From an uncultured delta proteobacterium (lineage in GTDB: Bacteria > Desulfobacterota > Binatia > Bin18), in NCBI GenBank assembly GCA_963733195.1, contig CAVTCR010000074.1, positions 32,001 through 96,000 of the forward strand: DNA of 64,000 nucleotides. The letters run 5' to 3'. The notes under the pieces are model-generated. The model saw nothing but the letters and a program-made list of their open reading frames with translations, made no database searches and was not told the DNA's origin. The position numbers were made by a program, and so were the translations under genes. This document shows positions 59,424 through 64,000 of the stretch, in pieces; within the stretch, counting starts at the first letter, position 1; each line of letters starts with the position of its first letter.

Positions 59424-59976
59424 GTGCCGGCCCACCTTTCAGAAAGGAGCAGGATGCAATATACAAATTTGCCGTAATGTCGGAAATTTTTACACCGTAA
59501 TAGCGTAGAAGTCGTAACAAAAAGTTGTTTTTTTCTCACTATTGCTCACATTGCTGCGATTTGTGTTACTGCGCGCTGCATATGCGTCACGTCTACCCTC
59601 TGTCGAGCGTAGGAAAACTTTACGGTGAAAGTCTGGTCTGTTCTGATGTCTGGACTTGGTTTTTCTACACTTTTTTGCGTGGAAAAGTGCGTCTAGCTCT
59701 GGTCACTGTAGGAAACCTTTACGGTAGAGGTAGCACCACTTCCGGGGGAGGCATCCCTAAGAGATGGAAAGGTGAGTGTTCTCGGGGAGTTTCGTCATAT
59801 CGTGGGAGGCTAGCAAAATTAGGCCATGTTGGTACCTGCTTTGCTCTATCCTCACTATGGGTGATTTACTTTTCCAACCGAAGAATAATGCAGCTGTCTC
59901 TACGGACATAAGCGGAGGATTCAACACTTTTTGTGACTCTAGGATAGCTACGCGCAGAAAGAAAAGCGAAAATTGC

Positions 59977-60612
59977 ATGCGGACCGTTTTTGTCGGTTTG
60001 TTGCTGCTCAGTGCTGCTCCTGCACAGGCGTACACCTACTACTACACCGGTGTGAGTAATACCGCCAAAGTCGCCTATGCCTCGCAAGTGCGCCTGCGCA
60101 TGGATGCTTATCCTAAGTGTCTAAAAGGGAAATGCCATGCGATTGCCTGGACGGCGTTATGGGATGCAGGGGCAGGGAGCAGTAATCAATACGTTGAAGT
60201 CGGTATTGGATACTCTCCGCGGACGTGTCCGAAGAGAGCACCAATCAAGCTGTGGTGGGCCTCACCGCAGGTGCCAGGTGGTGTCACTGTAGGTTGCGTA
60301 CGAAAAGGGACGGAAGTGGAGGTGACCGTACAGCGCGAGGATGGGTACGAAGCGGTATTAGCGACATGGGAATGGGCTGGCGGACGTATCTCACAGTGGG
60401 TGGATACGCCAGGGTGGTTGGTTGGTCCCGGCATCCATCCGACCAAGATCGAAATCTACTCGTACTACGATAGCGTGACGCCTGGGCCGGTATCACTGTC
60501 AGTTTTTGACATCCAGTCCAACCCCCAGTACGCCGCCGGTTATCTCCAGCAGACTGCTCCGTACTATGCGGCTCCCGGCAGCAGCCTCACCTCGTTTGCG
60601 GTCAACTACTAA
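59977..60612 (+). CDS. Secreted hypothetical protein (possible neprosin/glutamic peptidase-like beta sandwich)
   Basis: Sec signal ending AQA; AWTALWD...YVEVG and KIEIY. Confidence 0.6.
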   Translation: MRTVFVGLLLLSAAPAQAYTYYYTGVSNTAKVAYASQVRLRMDAYPKCLKGKCHAIAWTALWDAGAGSSNQYVEVGIGYSPRTCPKRAPIKLWWASPQVPGGVTVGCVRKGTEVEVTVQREDGYEAVLATWEWAGGRISQWVDTPGWLVGPGIHPTKIEIYSYYDSVTPGPVSLSVFDIQSNPQYAAGYLQQTAPYYAAPGSSLTSFAVNY

Positions 60613-60799
60613 TCTTCGAATTCAGGCCATTGCTTCATGTGAGTCGTTTACTTTACCTTTTTATGAACAAGGGAACGTCTAACGCCACCAGTAAGCTGCT
60701 CCAGGATGCAGCGAAGAGTGGATCAACCACCAACGCTCCCGGCGTCAGATCCCGTGGTGTAGTTCGCCTGCGCTCACCTTGCTATGACGTACTCATCCC

Positions 60800-61369
60800 T
60801 TATTGTTGTTGCTTGAGCGGACTCTGCTCACCGGTTGTGTGAGCGTCATTCCACGGTACCCAATCGCCGAGATCCATAAGTCGGCGCAGTGAAGCTTCAA
60901 CCATCGGCAAAGACCAGTCGTTAAAGCCAATGTGATGATGCACGATGCGGCCCTGGCGGTCGATAATGAACGTCTCTGGGTAGCCCGTGACGCCGTATTT
61001 ACGTCCCACCTCTCCGTTCACATCCAGCACAATAGGAAAGGTGAATCCGCTTTCTTGCATATAGGGAAGGACAGTACTCTTACCATCAACATCTTGACTC
61101 GCGGCAAGCATCACGAAATCGCTCCCCTTAAAGCGGCGATAGAGCGTTTCCATCGTTGGCATTTCTTTCCGGCACGGTGGACACCACGTGGTCCACACGT
61201 TCAGCATGACGATCTTTCCCTTGAGTTGAGACAGACGTACCACTTGTCCTTGCGGGTCAGGCAAAACGAACTCCGGTGCCAGTTTTCTTCCCTGAGACGG
61301 AGAGCGGGCAAACGTTGCCAAGAAGCCAAAGGCAATAACGATCAATCCAAGGAACAACCACTTTCTCAC
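60800..61369 (-). CDS. TlpA/ResA-like thiol-disulfide oxidoreductase
   Basis: N-terminal membrane anchor, NVWTTWCPPC and GYPETFIID. Confidence 0.9.
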   Translation of the reverse strand: MRKWLFLGLIVIAFGFLATFARSPSQGRKLAPEFVLPDPQGQVVRLSQLKGKIVMLNVWTTWCPPCRKEMPTMETLYRRFKGSDFVMLAASQDVDGKSTVLPYMQESGFTFPIVLDVNGEVGRKYGVTGYPETFIIDRQGRIVHHHIGFNDWSLPMVEASLRRLMDLGDWVPWNDAHTTGEQSPLKQQQ

Positions 61370-62175
61370 TGCGGTTTCTCCCGTGCCACTCGCGGGATTT
61401 TCGGCAAGGGTTTTGTTTCAACAGCTGGAGGTTCCCGCCGCGTCAGCATCACTGTGCCAATCGTCATGAGGATTAAACTGAGGATCTGCGCTTCGGAAAG
61501 GCCAAATGCCAGTGGAGGGTTGATGCGAACAAACTCGATCGTAAAGCGTGCAATACTCGATAACAACAGATACCCCCAAAACAACGACCCTACAGGTCGT
61601 GGGGTAGCACGCATACTCCATAACACGGCAAAGACGAGGAGGTAGGCAATTGTTTCGTACAATGCCGACGGATGGACACGCACCCCTGGCGGGTAGTCCC
61701 AACCAATGATCGCATTAGTATACGCCACTCCCCAAGGTAACGTCGTGGGCGGTCCCCAGTCTCCATCACCTGCCAGGTGACAACCGATGCGGCCAATCCC
61801 ATGCCCTACCGCAATAGCTGGCGCAACCGCATCCATGATTTCTAACCAGAGGAAACCATAGCGACGGATACAGAGAGTGACGCCGACGACGCCACCGATG
61901 AGTCCGCCATACCACGTAAAGCCTGCACCGGTGAGAATCAGCGAGAGCGGGTTGGCAAGAAACTCATGCCATCGCTCCATAATGAACAAGAGGCGTGCGC
62001 CCAAGAGCCCGCCCACCGCTGCCCAGAGGACCAGCGTTGAAGCGAACGCAGGATCTTTGCCTTGCCGTTCGAGCCCTTTGCTGACTACCCATCCAGCGGC
62101 TAAGAACCCCAATGCCATCATCACACCGTAGCTGTACACAGTTAACGGTCCGAGTTGTAGGAGTACTGGATACAT
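61366..62175 (-). CDS. lgt: Prolipoprotein diacylglyceryl transferase
   Basis: YSYG, GARL, WYGG, GRIGC..AGD and HPSALYE. Confidence 0.9.
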   Translation of the reverse strand: MYPVLLQLGPLTVYSYGVMMALGFLAAGWVVSKGLERQGKDPAFASTLVLWAAVGGLLGARLLFIMERWHEFLANPLSLILTGAGFTWYGGLIGGVVGVTLCIRRYGFLWLEIMDAVAPAIAVGHGIGRIGCHLAGDGDWGPPTTLPWGVAYTNAIIGWDYPPGVRVHPSALYETIAYLLVFAVLWSMRATPRPVGSLFWGYLLLSSIARFTIEFVRINPPLAFGLSEAQILSLILMTIGTVMLTRREPPAVETKPLPKIPRVAREKPQ

Positions 62176-62374
62176 GACGCGGATCATACGCTACGAGCGG
62201 GAAAGACGCCAGGGAAGTCTGTGCCAAGTCGAGGAAAAAGGGGAAGAGGAGAAATGGCGAAATGGTAATGAAAAAGACTAAATTTGTCTTCTTCGCCCTG
62301 CCCTTTATCCTTTTCCCCGTTTACCCTTTTCGCCTCTTCCTCTCGTCCTCGGTAACCGGTAACCTATCCCCTCT

Positions 62375-62818
62375 ATGCGTGCCGTCATTCAGCGAGTGAG
62401 TGAAGCCAGTGTCCGCGTCGATGAGCAGGTGGTTGGCCAAATTGGCCGTGGCCTTCTCATTCTTCTGGGTGTATCAACGAGAGATACCCAGACAGAGGCC
62501 GAGTACCTCAGTGACAAGATCGTTGGGCTGCGGATTTTTTCTGATGACGCAGGGAAGTTTGCGTTCTCTGTTCAGGACGTTCAAGGCGAAATACTCGTGG
62601 TATCGCAGTTCACTCTATATGGAGATATTCGTAAAGGTCGCCGCCCGTCGTTTACTGAAGCCGCAGGGATAGACACCGCCTTACCCTTGTATGAGTATTT
62701 TGTCGAATGTGTACAACGACATCAGGTTCCAGTTGCGACTGGACAGTTTCAGGCCACGATGGCCGTACACCTCGTGAATGATGGACCGGTAACGTTAGTG
62801 ATTGATAGCGAACGGTGA
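62375..62818 (+). CDS. dtd: D-aminoacyl-tRNA deacylase
   Basis: [19 protein letters not shown] and NDGPVT. Confidence 0.95.
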   Translation: MRAVIQRVSEASVRVDEQVVGQIGRGLLILLGVSTRDTQTEAEYLSDKIVGLRIFSDDAGKFAFSVQDVQGEILVVSQFTLYGDIRKGRRPSFTEAAGIDTALPLYEYFVECVQRHQVPVATGQFQATMAVHLVNDGPVTLVIDSER

Positions 62819-62867
62819 AAAGAGTAACACGCTGGAGAGGCGCACAGCATGCGCCTGGTTCATACCC

Positions 62868-63347
62868 ATGCCAAAAGCAGGATTCTGGGCGATTGATCCC
62901 ACACGGAAGATTAGTTTCGGGAAAGATGGATGGTGGTACGCGAACGATGAGCGTATCCACAATCGACGCATTAACACTTTGTTCAGTCAGTGTCTGCGAC
63001 GAACCTCAGAAGGCATGTACGAAATCGCCATTGGTTGGGACAAAGTCACCGTCGAGATTGAAGATACGCCCTATGTGGTCACGCGCGTGATGGGCGATTC
63101 TGTACAGGGATTCACCCTCCGTCTGAATGACGAAAGTGAAGAGCTGCTTGATCCTACGTCACTCTCTATTGGTCAGGAGAACGTGCTCTATTGCCGGGTC
63201 AAAGGAGGTTCATACTTAGCCCGGTTCCTTCGCCCAGCGTATTACCAACTCACTGCACATGTACAGGAGGATGGGGCACATGGCACCTTCTCCCTACGGG
63301 TTGGCAATACAGCTTTTTCTATTTCACTCGCAACGACAAAGGAGTAG
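62868..63347 (+). CDS. DUF1285-like hypothetical protein
   Basis: DG.W, VEIEDTPYVV, YCRVK and ARF.RPAYYQL. Confidence 0.65.
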   Translation: MPKAGFWAIDPTRKISFGKDGWWYANDERIHNRRINTLFSQCLRRTSEGMYEIAIGWDKVTVEIEDTPYVVTRVMGDSVQGFTLRLNDESEELLDPTSLSIGQENVLYCRVKGGSYLARFLRPAYYQLTAHVQEDGAHGTFSLRVGNTAFSISLATTKE

Positions 63348-63429
63348 CCAGGAGCCAGCATGTTCTCCTTTTCTTCCTTTATCCATTTTCCCTACTGACA
63401 ACTGAGAACTGACTACTGACGGCTACCGT

Positions 63430-63883
63430 ATGCACATCGTCTTCGTCGAACCCGAAATTCCCCCCAACACTGGCACAACGGCGCGCTTGTGTGCCGCGAC
63501 GAACACCACGTTCCACCTCGTTGGACCGTTGGGGTTCTCGCTTGAAGATCGCTACCTCAAGCGTGCTGGACTCGATTATTGGCCATACGTCGACGTGCAC
63601 TATTATCCCACCTGGAGTGACTTTCTCTCTCATCGTCCATCAGGAAGGTTGGTGGCTTTCTCTGCCAGAGCAACAGCTCTCGTATACTCAGGTGAAGTAC
63701 ACAGAAAGTGACTTTCTCGTCTTTGGCAGCGAGACACGCGGCTTGTCAGACGAAGTTCGCACCATGCTCGCCGATTCACTGTACACAATTCCGATGTCAG
63801 GCACTTATGTGCGGAGCCTGAACTTGTCTAACGCTGCGGCGATTGTCCTCTATGAAGCGCTGAGGCAGCAGGGAAAGGTGTGA
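63430..63883 (+). CDS. trmL: tRNA (cytidine/uridine-34 2'-O)-methyltransferase, 1-nt slip near 63675
   Basis: EPEIPPNTG..ARLC, KRAGLDYW, FGSETRGL and RSLNLSN. Confidence 0.92.
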
Positions 63884-64000
63884 GAGGTTGTCGTAAATCC
63901 CGGAGAGGCGCATCGTAACAAGTCAGTTTTTCTTTTGGCCCTAGACGCTGGACCCTAGGCACTGGACGGTTCTACCAACAACCCCATTTGCTGGAGTTCT

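Noticed and set aside
59724-59800. Lysine riboswitch-like start (GGTAGAGGT...GAAAGG)
   Set aside because: I could not trace the remaining conserved helices, and the downstream gene is unrelated to lysine metabolism.
1-64000. CRISPR array, rRNA or tRNA genes
   Set aside because: I saw no regularly spaced identical repeats with unique spacers and no recognisable rRNA or cloverleaf sequence. The repeats are dispersed palindromes.

Overview
This is a 64 kb stretch of bacterial chromosome. The gene mix (luciferase-like monooxygenases, paired acyl-CoA dehydrogenases, family III CoA-transferases, DUF6178, AAA/TPR adenylate cyclase) suggests an uncultured Binatota/deltaproteobacterial-type genome, but this is inference. 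Many genes, including housekeeping pdxJ and trmL, carry single-base frameshifts, which points to long-read consensus errors rather than true pseudogenes. Bases 1-44,900 hold mostly catabolic and housekeeping genes interspersed with several REP-like palindrome families, plus an ISL3 remnant that replaced part of a cyclase gene and an HDOD/degenerate histidine kinase operon. The main feature is a ~13 kb putative sphingolipid locus (44,996-57,737). It encodes serine palmitoyltransferase, a GNAT ceramide synthase, a ceramide-reductase-like SDR and homologues of the Caulobacter anionic-ceramide (Cpg) enzymes. It also carries extra genes I do not recognise from the characterised pathway: a secreted Svf1/AttH-like lipocalin, a small 8-Cys FYVE-like zinc finger, a metallophosphoesterase, a desaturase/hydroxylase and a coupled Tat-type flavin amine oxidase. 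Next come two Fur-box-controlled iron units (a ferritin-like gene; a Com-like zinc ribbon plus an internally deleted apbE operon), then a secreted neprosin-like protein and tlpA, lgt, dtd and trmL. I found no rRNA, tRNA or CRISPR array.
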